Below, piece by piece: positions 1-11,241 of a stretch of DNA of 64,000 nt. The position numbers and the translations under genes are program-made. This stretch comes from Marsupella aquatica (lineage: Eukaryota; Plantae; Marchantiophyta): positions 24,623,971 through 24,687,970 of the forward strand of contig OZ316892.1 of the NCBI GenBank assembly GCA_973895155.1, written 5' to 3'. The notes beneath the pieces were generated by a model. That model saw only the letters and a program-made list of their open reading frames with translations. It did no database searches and was not told the DNA's origin. Positions within the stretch are counted from its first letter, which is position 1. Each line of letters starts with the position of its first letter.

Positions 1-11
1 TTTCCCTTCAG

Positions 12-1658
12 CTCTGAATTCGTTGAACCTAAGCAACCTGCCTACAACAGTGAGATCTTGACGTATACACTGGGCAAAGAAGGTCAGTGTTACACACTTT
101 GTGTCAAATTGTGTCCTGCTGCAATGTCGACCCTTCACCATTTCATCGATGGATTATAAAGATTACTTATTTATGGCGAGCATCTTATGAATCATGCATG
201 TTTTCCCAGATGGATGCCCATTTTCAGAAATTGAACTCATTTCCGTTGATGGATCGATCATAGATTACGGTGTGCCGATAAAGACATTGGAAGTCCTCGT
301 AGACAATATCAGGACTGTGCGCCATCTTTTCTATCATGAAATAGCGATAGTTACCCTACCAGGTTAGAGGTAACAACACCTTGAAACCGATGAACTGATT
401 TTCTCTCTTGGTATCTGTCGTTCTCACACAAAGCTTTGCTCCCACTGTGTGTATCAGGAACGGCTGCATTGCTTGTGCGCAGCAAGGAGGAGAAAACTAC
501 TTATGGAGCAGCATTGTCGGCTGCATTTCTCAAGGCAACCGCCAATATGAAGGAGCTTAAAGACAAAAAGCTGGACAAGTTTGGCTTCACAACGTACTTC
601 TCTCACTCCACCTTATATCAGTCCGGATTTCCTTGCTAGAAGGGTTCTCTACAGTGGAGGCTTTGTATTAGTAGATATTCAAGGGTGCTGGGTGCTAGGC
701 TCAGACTCAACTCATCCTGAGAACTGGGGAGGTCAACAGCAAGTTGCGTAACGCTGTGTCAATTCCAATAGGTCTCATGCTAGATGGGAGGTAGCTGGAC
801 TTTGCCTCTCGCTAGAAATTGGGTCCGGTGATCACAGCTCTAGAGTATAATGGATGTTGAGGATATTGTCTAATGTCCCAAGGAGGTTGACAAACTGTCT
901 GTGTCTCTGCTGAACTTCTTCCGTTGACTTACATACATTAATCGTGTTTCGGACTAAATGCTTACTACAGTAGTCGTCGTTGACATTGTCAAGAGCAGCT
1001 TGATGGATTGCCGACCTTACTTTGAGCCGGAAATCGGATCACTGGGCCTTGGGAACTACACGGCCGGCATCTCTCAAGACGAGCAAGTGAAAAGTGATGC
1101 AAGTTTCTGGGACTTGGCACGCAGTGTTTCAACGTCAACTGAAAAGGAGTTGGGCAAACTGAAACAGTTTACAGAGCTTCCTGTACTCAATATGCTCTTC
1201 GGACAGGTAACGTTGATCCGTTGCTTTTGAAGTAACCATGCTGTCTTGTGAACATGTCGTCCGAGTACCTTGTGTAATGCAATATTAGAAAAGCACTTGG
1301 TTAGAACATGCAGTGTTTGGACCTCAAGCGTCTGAGCTCACCTGTGCATTTGGAGCAGGTCCTCAAGCGTCCAAGCTTAACACAAAGGACGTCCCTTCGA
1401 ACAGCATTGTTCTCTGTGTTCGTTGATGGACCTATGGATGTCCAATGGAAGAATGTGGACAAGTTGGACTTGGCAGGCACTTTTGGGCCGTGTGCTTCCA
1501 TGCACGGCATTGGACCATGCTTTTGCCTGGCAGAGACTCTCATCCCTGGCCCCGAATTGACATTGACACTGGTCTTCGCCACCCCTGTATACAGCAAAGA
1601 TCAAATGCAAGCACTTTCCAAGTCAAGTTTAGAGATTTTGAATGCAGCTATCAAGTAG
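12..1658 (+). CDS. 3' part of a CoA-dependent acyltransferase/condensation-fold protein (alcohol acetyltransferase/PapA5-like, At3g52610-like family); 5' exons lie outside the window
   Basis: Exons 12-82, 458-593, 999-1206 and 1359-1658 join in frame at GT-AG sites. The product reads SEFVEPKQPAYNSEILTYTLGKEGTAALLVRSKEEKTTYGAALSAAFLKA...TTLMDCRPYFEP...SFWDLARSVS...SMHGIGP...LEILNAAIK*. The L-x-D-C-R and FWDLAR motifs recall this family (from memory). Confidence 0.7.
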
Positions 1659-1662
1659 TAGC

Positions 1663-1706
1663 AATTCCTAGGATCTGAATTCCTAGGATCTGAATTCCTA
1701 GGATCT
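1663..1706. repeat. 15-bp tandem repeat x3 (AATTCCTAGGATCTG)
   Basis: Three head-to-tail copies directly after the stop codon. Confidence 0.95.
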
Positions 1707-2883
1707 AAAATTACTTAGAATTCTGGTTGTTAATGAGAGTATTTCTGAAGACGAAATCAAGCAGAGCTGATTTCCATGCCCATACACTCCTGATGATGTT
1801 ACAAAATAACTACTCCCTGACCATTCTCCAAATTCGAGCTGTGCATGCCGGTGCTGGTCCTCGGATGGGAAAAGGGTTTGGGGTTTAGGAGTTATCGATA
1901 TCCTAGCTGCTATACCCGTACTCTTACTTTACGTCCTTCAAATAAAATAACATAATTCTTTGTTGACCTTCCCGATGAACTGTTCAGCAAGGATATATTC
2001 TTGCGTCAAATTTTGTCAGGATGCTCGGATCTGCTTGCATAAATTGTTGCAGCTTGGCTGAAACGTTTTACACTTTTGAGTAGAACATACATATAGCATA
2101 TAAATCTAAATCTAAATCTATTCGATGCTCTGACTGGATCATCTTTCGAGATAGATTTCTCAGACCCACTGACCTCAGCTTGTTAGAAATGGCATCAATT
2201 GACCCCCTTATGCAGTTTAATCAAAAGGTGTACCAGGCTTTTCAGTTTGCAAATAGGTAGGATTTAGCCTTTTGGTGTCTTTCTTTGTTCTTGTGTATGG
2301 CTTTTGCCCAGGTCGTTCGGGCTTTTTGGCCTTTCTGTTGGTTACCCTTGATTGGGTTGTTTGCTTGAGGGAGGGATCATGTCTCCCGGCTGGGAGTCTT
2401 TTGTTGTTTAATTGGCAGTTTGAAATATAAATTGAGCTTTATGACAAACTTGTAACTTTAATTTCCTAAATAATCTGACACTACATGGAAACCCTTAAGC
2501 AAACCCAACATTCAGGTGAGAATGCAGCAAACCCAAATAAATGGAAAATTACACTTAAGCATCCATGAGAGCACATGCCTCTTGCCCCAGACCGGCACAC
2601 AATACTGCAACCATTGAAATTTATTTTTTTCTAAGTGAAAGATGCAATCCTAGCCATTCATATGTGGAAACTGGCCACACTTAACTTGGGGGCACAATGA
2701 ATCAAAAGTATTATCCAACCTAGTCATCTGTCAGTGGGCCCCATGTGGGTCCCTTTTTCCCTTTTTTTTTGCTGAGGTGTGCAAGCTTTTTGTCAAAAAC
2801 TTAGACCTCCTCTTGAGGTAGTCTAAAAACTTGAAGCAAAGTATCTTTTATTTTAGGGAATTGTATTGATTATTTCCAAACTT

Positions 2884-3345
2884 GACACATTTTGGCTCAG
2901 ACATTTTAACTTTTGTGGGAAAAAATGAACATCATCCAACTCTTCCAAACCCGACACATTTTGGCTCAGACATTTTAACTTTTGTGTGAAAAAATGAACA
3001 TCATCCAACTCTGGATGGAGAGAGACTCAACTGCCCTCACCGTCTTGTAAAGGCCCCCTTAAGAGTAAGGCCCATGACAGTGACTGAGTTGTCCGAGAAG
3101 GCCCCCTTAAGAGTAAGGCCCATGACAGTGATTGAGTTGTCCGACATCATTGAATGACAGTTTCGTGGTGGTTGCAGTCAGGATCCACTGAGTTGTCCCA
3201 GATCATTGAATGCCAGTCTGCTTCTTGGTGGTTGCAATCAGGATCCACAGACAACCTCATGATTTCAGTTCCCAGATCATTGAATGACAATCTGCTTCTT
3301 GGTGGTTGCAGTCAGGATCCAGAATGAGACAACCTCAGGCTTTGA
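2884..3345. repeat. Cluster of short local duplications (~69 bp x2, ~48 bp x2, ~60-70 bp x3)
   Basis: GACACATTTTGGCTCAGACATTTTAAC... occurs twice, AAGGCCCCCTTAAGAGTAAGGCCCATGACAGTGA twice, and ATCATTGAATG...GGTGGTTGCA(G/A)TCAGGATCCA three times. Confidence 0.9.
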
Positions 3346-3452
3346 GATGCACAGCATTCCAAAACTGCGGCAGTGATTAAGTTGGGTTGGGGTGTGCAAG
3401 AATGGTCTGTACTGAAATATGCAGACCCAACTTGGTCAACCTCACTTTGAGG

Positions 3453-3493
3453 TTCTGTCCCCCCTCCTTATTGTTCTAGGAGGGGGGACAGAA
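3453..3493. repeat. Perfect 16-bp inverted repeat (hairpin, 9-nt loop)
   Basis: TTCTGTCCCCCCTCCT-tattgttct-AGGAGGGGGGACAGAA. Confidence 0.9.
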
Positions 3494-3815
3494 GCAAGAG
3501 GGGTCATGGAGATGAAATTGAGGTCTGGGGGAGCCAGGGCTTGGCTCTCCTGAAAGTTCCCGTCGCTCCCCCCCCCCCCCCCCTCTAACTATGGAGGGGT
3601 AATAGTAAACTTGCATGTGAAGGTCCTAAGCACTAGTAAAATGTTAGGGAAAAAAACAGGACTGGTCTCATTTTACAACTGTATCTGATGACTGGCGCAA
3701 ACATCATTTGTCAATTTAAAAAATGAGAAATATGCAGGAGCCCATCCTGGCCCTTCAGTGAAAAAATGGTTTTTTGCAGGTCAGATCCACCCAGACACCC
3801 CTGCCAACAGTGTAG

Positions 3816-4030
3816 TAGCCCTCCACCTCATAGCCATCGCCCCACTAGCCCATAGCCCTCCTTCCAATCATCTTGCCCTCCACCGGGTTGACTGCCATAC
3901 ACATAGCCCTAGCTCTAGCCCTCCACCTCATAGCCAGCCGCCCTCCAGCCCGTAGCCCTCCTTCCAATCATCCTGCCCTCCACCCGGTTGAATGCCATAC
4001 CCCTAGCCTTCCACCCCTAGCCCTCCAAAA
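3816..4030. repeat. C-rich imperfect tandem duplication (~100 bp unit) built from TAGCCC motifs
   Basis: TAGCCCTCCACCTCATAGCCA...TAGCCCTCCTTCCAATCATC...CGGTTGA..GCCATAC occurs twice. Confidence 0.8.
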
Positions 4031-4396
4031 GTTTATGCTTCCCAAATATAGAGGGACCCACCCCCAAAACAATAAACATGGGGTATTGGGGTGTTAAAAG
4101 TTTATTTGCATTACAGTGACTACTATGCTAGCTTCCATCCCATAGATATGCTTGCACACTTAGTTACTAAGCAAGGTGGGATCATGCCTTCATCACACTA
4201 TGGCATAGATGTAGCCCATTGGCAACGTTAGATTCTTTCCAAGTTTTTTTTTCTTTTTCCTCTTTCTAGGTATTTAAGGTTTACCTTTGCACACTTCTTT
4301 CTAGTTTGACTTCTTTAGCTTTTTCTTGCACACTTCTTTCTACTTTGACTTCTTTTGCTTTTTCTTTATTGTACTTTTTTTGGCCCTTTTGTAAAT

Positions 4397-4481
4397 GAAC
4401 TTAGAGTATACTTTTTGCAAGGGGAATTAACTTAGAGTGTACTTTTTGCAAGGGGACTTGACTTAGAGTGTACTTTTTGCA
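4397..4481. repeat. 31-bp tandem repeat x3
   Basis: ACTTAGAGT(A/G)TACTTTTTGCA occurs three times at ~31-bp spacing. Confidence 0.9.
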
Positions 4482-4761
4482 GAGATATGCTTAGTAGACC
4501 CCCTTCTGGAAAACGTTTGCTTAATCAACCTCTCCATACTTTTCCCCAATCTGGACCGTTGATGGCCTTTCAGTCTCAGATCTGGACCCTTGATAGATCT
4601 CAGGGGGTGGGATCAAGTAACAAGTTTCATTTTGGGGGTCAATGAAGCAAATACCTCATACAAGGGAGAAAAATTGCCCAGATATTACTTTTACCGTGAG
4701 CTGAATATCGAGAATCTCCGGATCAAGACCAGAATCAATTCAGTAGGCTTTCCTGGAGGAG

Positions 4762-4921
4762 TTAGGGTTTAGGGACGACGATTGTGTATGTTTGGCCATT
4801 CGTCTGATTATCATCTGGGAATGATTTGAAGCTAGTACCGGAAGCTGCAGACTCTGAGGTGCGGATGATGATGGGGTTGTTGCGTACTATTCCGGTGAGA
4901 TTTCGTTCAACCCTAAACCTA
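4762..4921. promoter_or_regulatory. Telo-box-like motifs near the probable start of the pseudouridine synthase gene
   Basis: TTAGGGTTTAGGG at ~4762 and AACCCTAAACCTA at ~4909. Telo-boxes are common near plant translation and RNA-processing genes. Function here is inferred. Confidence 0.35.
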
Positions 4922-5979
4922 ATTGGACCTCTGTGGACTTTGAATGCTTAATTCGATTCCCCTTAACTCGCTTTACCTGCAATAATTCTGTTTAGTTTGG
5001 TTCAGTCCAGTGCACGCCTCAGAAATTCTTTTACTCGGCTTCTATCTGTTTCGGGCGTTGTCTGGAATTCTGTTGTTTCTCGTGACCTCTCTTGAGCTAC
5101 ACTGCCTCTCTGGCTAGAAGAAGCCAAATCTGTTCAACTGTAAGAGATGTTTTTCATGAAGTTACAAGGTCTAAGGATCAGCTCCTCGCTTTTGCGTGCT
5201 CCAAATCGTCTCTTAATGGGAAACCTGATGGGCTTAAGATAGTTGTGTAATCGGACCTGGGTAGATATCATTTACACTGCTGTGTTCATATAAGTATTCT
5301 TCCCTTGTTCTCAAGATCGTGGACTCATCACAGGAACTAAATGTTTCAAATGATGAGTTAATTGGTGTACATGTGCGCATACTAAGAATTGGGACAAGGT
5401 ACAGAAAGTACAACAGGGCAGAAGAGCAATTGAGAAGGATATTTAAAGCTGAAGGAAAGGTAATGGAGAGAGTGAATGGTGAACAAGCTATGGGCAGGCT
5501 GGCTGTCTCTTTGACGGTGCAACTTAATTTCTCCATACTGCCTGATCTTCTTAGGGAAGGAATTAATCCTTTAAATTGTATAAAAGAACAGAGCGAGACA
5601 GCCAGCTGCCCGAAACTGAATGTCCATTTTCTCTCCATACAGACTAAGAACAAGGCCTATGATTGCTTCTTCTTTTTCCTTCCGATGCTGAAACATCATG
5701 TTGTCAGAAGCTTCTACAACTAATAGTTTTCTCTTCCGATGCTATAATGATAATGCCTTTAAACGTATTTTGGCAGAAGTTGAAACTCAAAAATGTTGCA
5801 ATATACCTTTACAACTAATAGTTCGATGCACCTTATTTGCGGTCTCTAGTTGGGTCGCAGTGAATCTCTAGACCAGGGAAAATTATTGAGCCATAACACA
5901 GGGATATTGATTCTTCTATTTGATTTGTACGTTGTGGTGAGCAGCTCTCATTTCCCAGTAGAGTTCAGTGTCTGCACAG

Positions 5980-8450
5980 CTTCTTGACTGGCAAGCTTTC
6001 ACTCAACCGAGAACACTGCATTCAGAGCGTTCTATCTGCTGGAGCGCCGGCGAGAGCGTCCATCGTCACAGACACATTACGTGATTGGGAGCCACCAGAG
6101 TTAGAAAAACTCTATGAAGATGATTGGGTTCTGGCAATTTCAAAGCCTGGCAGTCTCTTCGTAATATTTCCTTATCTTAGTCATGAGTTTGGTTACTCTG
6201 GAGGGGAATGATCTTCCTATGCATATATTATTGAAGCCAGCTATTGGTTGAGCGCGCACGTTGCCTCATACAATGTGCAACTTCTTATTCTCCAGTTCTC
6301 AGCCTTCAGAGCTTGTTTAATCTGTCAGGTGCACAACAGCAAAGAAGCTTCAAAAGACGAAAGAGAGAGGAAGGCCTTCTTGAAAGATCTGGTAGAAATA
6401 CAGCATACTGAAGGAAGGTATGTCAGCTTCCGTCTTAACATGGGTTCCTTATTGCGAACATCTGTAAGGCTTGTTTTGATTCTCGTCAGCTTTCGGCTTT
6501 GACGCCCCAGCTGAATAGCTTGAAAATCCCGATTTTCAAAGGCTATGAATGATTACCTAACTGACTACTTCCGGACTTCTTTCAACTAGAATATGGGACT
6601 GGATCTTCATCAACTTCCTAATTGAATAAAGTCATTGTTTTTAATTCCGTGTGAGCGGTGAAGCAAGACCCGTATTCCCAGTTCATCGGTTGGATCGAGG
6701 AGCCAGTGGAGTAATTCTATTTGCCAAGTGCAGTGACGCAGCACATGCAGCACAACTTGCCCTTGCGCATGAAGCTACTGTGAAAGAGTACGTGTTTGGT
6801 CTGTGGCCCAGGTTCAAAACAACACTGCTTTCAGTAGTCTGCAAAGCTTGATCGTCTCTATGAAAATTGTCTCGTGTAGTAAGAAACCGAAGATATAACT
6901 TTAGTCAAATAATAAAATCACAGTCCACAAGTACGGTAGACTGCACCGGTTGTGATTTACCTGTAAAGGCATAAGGCAAACAGAGCCTCAACATTCTTTA
7001 TTAATTAGTATTTAGGCAGCAAGGTTAGCATTGAAACTCCTTGCCACACATTTCTCAATTACAAGGCAGTTATTGCAGCGATTTACATCTGGTCGTTGAG
7101 TCGAAGGACTTGGTTCTGAGAAAGAAAGACCCTCATCCGTAGTTTGTTTTGGGAGCCAGTAAGGCATCTGTTTCTACAGAAACTGCTGGACTATACATGC
7201 TGGCATTATCTGTTGGAGCGTTGGTTTTCTCAGTTTCGACATTTATCCTGTAGGTATCTTGTTTTAGCAAGAGGGTCTACCCCAGATTTCTTCATATGCG
7301 ACGATCCAGTTAATGATAATAAGGTAGTCTCTCTGAAGTGCGTCCTTTGGTTTTCTTTCTAATAATTAGTAGATATTTTTTGGGAAATTTCACGAAAGGT
7401 TTTTTGTTGGTGGGACTTACTGTAAGACTGTTCTCTCTTTGCTGGACGTTTTCGCGTCAATTATAATGATGGTTTTTGTCAACCCGCAAATTGTCTGTTG
7501 TTACCTTTTCACTTGAGTGCAGGGCATCCCAAGGTCAGCATGGACAAAGTGTGAGAAAATTTTAGATCTTCCCAAGTCTCGGTGTTCCTTACTGAAGGTA
7601 GATCTGTACACTTAGATTCAAGCTTAAGAATCTTACCGGAGATTACTTCACTCTATCAGTATAGTACCAAATAGTTCCTTGTGGTCAATATTTGCTTGCA
7701 TATTTCTTAGCTGTCTGTGCTTCAAATCTTAAATTTCTTTCAAATCGCACAATAGATGTGACATTGTATTCTATCTGTGCAACAGGTTTATATCAAAACA
7801 GGTCGATGGCACCAAATTCGAAAACACCTTAATCACAGAGCTTTCCATGTCTCTCCAACTCAACCCTTTCCTGTCTTTCACTGGTTCTTTAAGATGTCTG
7901 TCAACTTAGTCTGAGCTAGGCCAGTCTCTTATTTATTTACTGTCTTGCCAAAGTCCTGCAATGCTGTAGAAGGCTTCCATTTTGCCACAGACGTATGAAA
8001 ATATTCACTCTCTGGATTCTTCTTGTTCAGGTAATCGGCGATGGGAGACATGGAAAGGGACGAACGAATCAATATTTCCGCGAGAAGTATCAGATGCCGC
8101 TTGGGCGATGTTTCTTGCATGGAGCTCGCCTGACCATTCCACACCCATCAATCTTCTCTGCTCAATGCACCAACAAACAGCAGCCAACAGGTAGTCTTGA
8201 GACCCTTCACACAGTGGAACCTCAAATAAATTCTGAACTCTATAGTAAAGATCTTTTGCCCGTTATGAGAATAGAGTCTGAAGCTGTTGGTCCGCTAGTC
8301 TTCAAACCTTCGGGGGACCTAACGGTGGAATCCAGCCAACAAGTTTTATCATTACGTGCCAGCCTTCCCACAGACCTTAGGCGGGTGCTTTTTGCACTCC
8401 CTGATGGATTAACTTGTGAAGACCTGAACTCATTAGAGGTGGTCATTTGA
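5980..8450 (+). CDS. RluA-family (TruC/RluC-like) RNA pseudouridine synthase; N-terminal exon(s) unresolved (possible ATG at 4865)
   Basis: In-frame exons 5980-6160, 6329-6417, 6668-6787, 7254-7323, 7523-7597, 7786-7848 and 8031-8450. They give motif I (LYEDDWVLAISKPGSLFVH), catalytic motif II (VHRLDRGASG), KEYLVLARG, TGRWHQIRKHL, VIGDGRHG and FLHGARLTIPHP. Confidence 0.9.
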
Positions 8451-10011
8451 GGTATTTTCCTTTTGTCTTCTCCCAAAACAAGGCCCGGGCATTCAAATAA
8501 TGGGAAAACTGGCTAGCATTCACAACCAGATATAATCCTGTTTGAATATAGCTTACATTTCTCGAGCGAGCTGCAATGACAACTGTGCACGGGGATTGGG
8601 CTAGTTTATCTATAGTGGTTCAAAGACGGCACCATTTGATGTAGAATATCGAATTGGCATGGCACATCACTCAACACACCGTAAGGGATCGGCTGGGTTT
8701 CTCGTAGAGTAATGAAGTTGGACCCACCTGTCTTTCTCATGCAATCTTGATTCAATCAGTATTATTTTCAGCCAGATCGAGGGACAACAAAAGATTGACA
8801 TTCTCTTCAAGACAGTATAGTGCCTTCGAATACGGTAGCAGTTTGGTCAATAATAACAATTGTCAGTATTGGACAATCCGCGGATTTCTGAGCCATACGC
8901 AAATTTTATGATTCTAGGCTGAACTTTTTAAGGTGTTATGATGTACGTACTACCAGGCACAGTCACGATGATCTAGTGTATAAGTGTTTCGAGCCACAGA
9001 ACTAAAAAAAACTTTTGTTGGGAAAGATGGATTCCAATATTTTTTCATCAGAGGCTCACCAGCGAGTTCGGTATCTGTTTGCTTTGTGTAAAACCGGCAA
9101 GAGGAGATACAGCAGAGCCCTACCACTGCTGATCTCTGGAACCGAGACGAATTGCATGAAAGGGAATTTGCGTCAACAATAATCGTTGTTCCGATAGTGA
9201 GAATTTAAGTCCCATCCTTGTAGTATTCTTTACTTTTCCTTTTGTCACCAAAGAAGCAACGAAGAGATTCATGGCTACAATTGATTGTATTCTTCTAGTG
9301 TGAAATTTCATCTCCAGAAACAGCACAAAAGTTTAAGACTTACACGTCTGCCATGATGGCCAATGAAAGCAGAATAAAGTGGAAACCTTTATGGCACTAC
9401 AAAAGACGCATCGAACCCCACTGAAGTGAGCAACCTTGCACATGTGGCACTATTCAACAGAGAAAGATTCATGTGTTCCTCAGAGCTGCGGAGGTATGAT
9501 CTCTAAGCTGTCGTCGGAAGACATGGAGCGGACATTTGCCAGGCAGAAACGAGTGTCCAGAAAAGATAGCAGAAAGACGGCGATTGTCTTTTAGAAGGGA
9601 GTTGAAATATAAATTAAGGTAACTTTATTCATCATAACCTACGGCAAAGTCATGATCGAGCCAAAGTCATTAAAGGTGTTCTGCTCGTGTTTTGAAGGGA
9701 ACTTGAGATACGGCTGAGTCATGTTCTCTTTTAAAACTGAGTGATAGCTAGCTATGAGGATGATTAATTAATAGACTGCTGAACATTTAACCAAAGCCCG
9801 AAGAAGAATTTTGCTGGAGCAGATCGAGAACGGTAATTGATAACAATTTTCAGATTATAGGCACAGGTACTTAGTTAACCAAAGCCAATCTCTTCCGTTC
9901 TGACTGAAGAATGAGGCTGGGCAACATCGCAGAGAACTCGAATCGGTGGGTTTTTTGGTGCAAGTGCCTCTCCACTTACTCTTCATTGACCTCTGGACTC
10001 TGGAGAGTGGA

Positions 10012-10231
10012 GAGTGGACGAAGAGGACTGCAGCCTAGTCTCGAGACCTTGGACAACTTTGAAAGGTTTCATAGAGTTGAGCGCTCCAGTATTCGGCACG
10101 ATGAATATATGGGATAATTGTCAGAGATTCCGGTGATCCTGCATACCGATAGGTGAAGTTCGCCGGGCCGAAACAAATTCACCACTGAATGGAGAATTTT
10201 GCACATTCGAAATCACGGGATTCGATTGGAG
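10012..10231 (+). pseudogene. Decayed partial duplicate of exon 1 of the neighbouring 2-ODD gene
   Basis: Collinear matches to 11281-11547: CTCGAGAC(C/A)TTGGA, TTGTCAGAGATTCC(G/T)GTGATC, TGAATGG and CACATTC(G/T)AAATCACGGGATTC(G/C)ATTGGA. The copy has deletions and stop codons. Confidence 0.8.
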
Positions 10232-11241
10232 ACGGTGTAACTCGAAGACAGCTTTAGTACTGTCACGGGCTTACAATGAATGAGCCAACAAGACAAAAAC
10301 AAATGCCGCACTTCTCCGAGAAAATTTGGGCTTAGATCAACACTATCTAGTTCTCCACTGCACGCGACAAATACCGGTACTGACGCGGAATTTAAATTGT
10401 TCGTTTGTTGTATTATTATCTGTCTAGTACGTCACTTTAGTCACTATTCTAATCGCTAGGGCTGGCTCCTCTAATTATAACATGGTCTCCCCACGTGGTT
10501 TTTATGTGGTTTCGAAGATTCTGATTGAAAGACCATCATACATATGGCTGCATTTTCTATTCGGAAAGCGACTCGCTACTTGCAGTAGATTTCTAGACTA
10601 CGAGGGACGCTTTACGAGAAATAGGGGCCAATGGCTTCTTTTATTCCCTTCAATCTTCCCGGATTTTTTCCTTTGTTTGCTGGGGTATTGCCTTTGGGAT
10701 AATGTCTCCGGGTATGGCGCCTTTTGTTCTTTGCCGTACTCTCTATGTATCTCTGAGAGAATAATGAGTGAAACTGCTGCAGTTGGCTTGACGAGAACTG
10801 GGGCCCATTCACGTATGGTGTCCATCATCCTACATGGCTTCACATTCTGTCTAGAGTTTTAGACCACAAACATTTCCAAACGTTGGTTCCTTTTATTCAA
10901 GGGATTTACAGTTATAGAACTTAATTTCAAAAGATTTTTGAAGTGGAGCTGACGTGTAGAACAAGAAGTGGCCCTCGAAAACAAGAATTGGCTCTCAAGT
11001 TTGCTTTGGTGAAGAAAGCACAAGTGCCCATGATGTCTATTCCTGATACTTATTTATCCAAGCCAATCTCTTGGCAACCTACTTTGATTGAAGACGTAGG
11101 CTGGGCAATCGTAACAGAGAGCTGTCTGGAATTCTCGACAATTTGTAGTTTATCGGCTCAGACCATACTCAGTTGACCCGAGCGAAGCCCTTTCGTTGTG
11201 ATTGAAGAATCAGGCTGGTGCAAGTTACCGAGTTGGGTACC

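Noticed and set aside
5234-5723. Overlapping 134-139 aa ORFs on both strands
   Set aside because: No recognisable motifs. The region probably lies in the 5' intron of the pseudouridine synthase gene.
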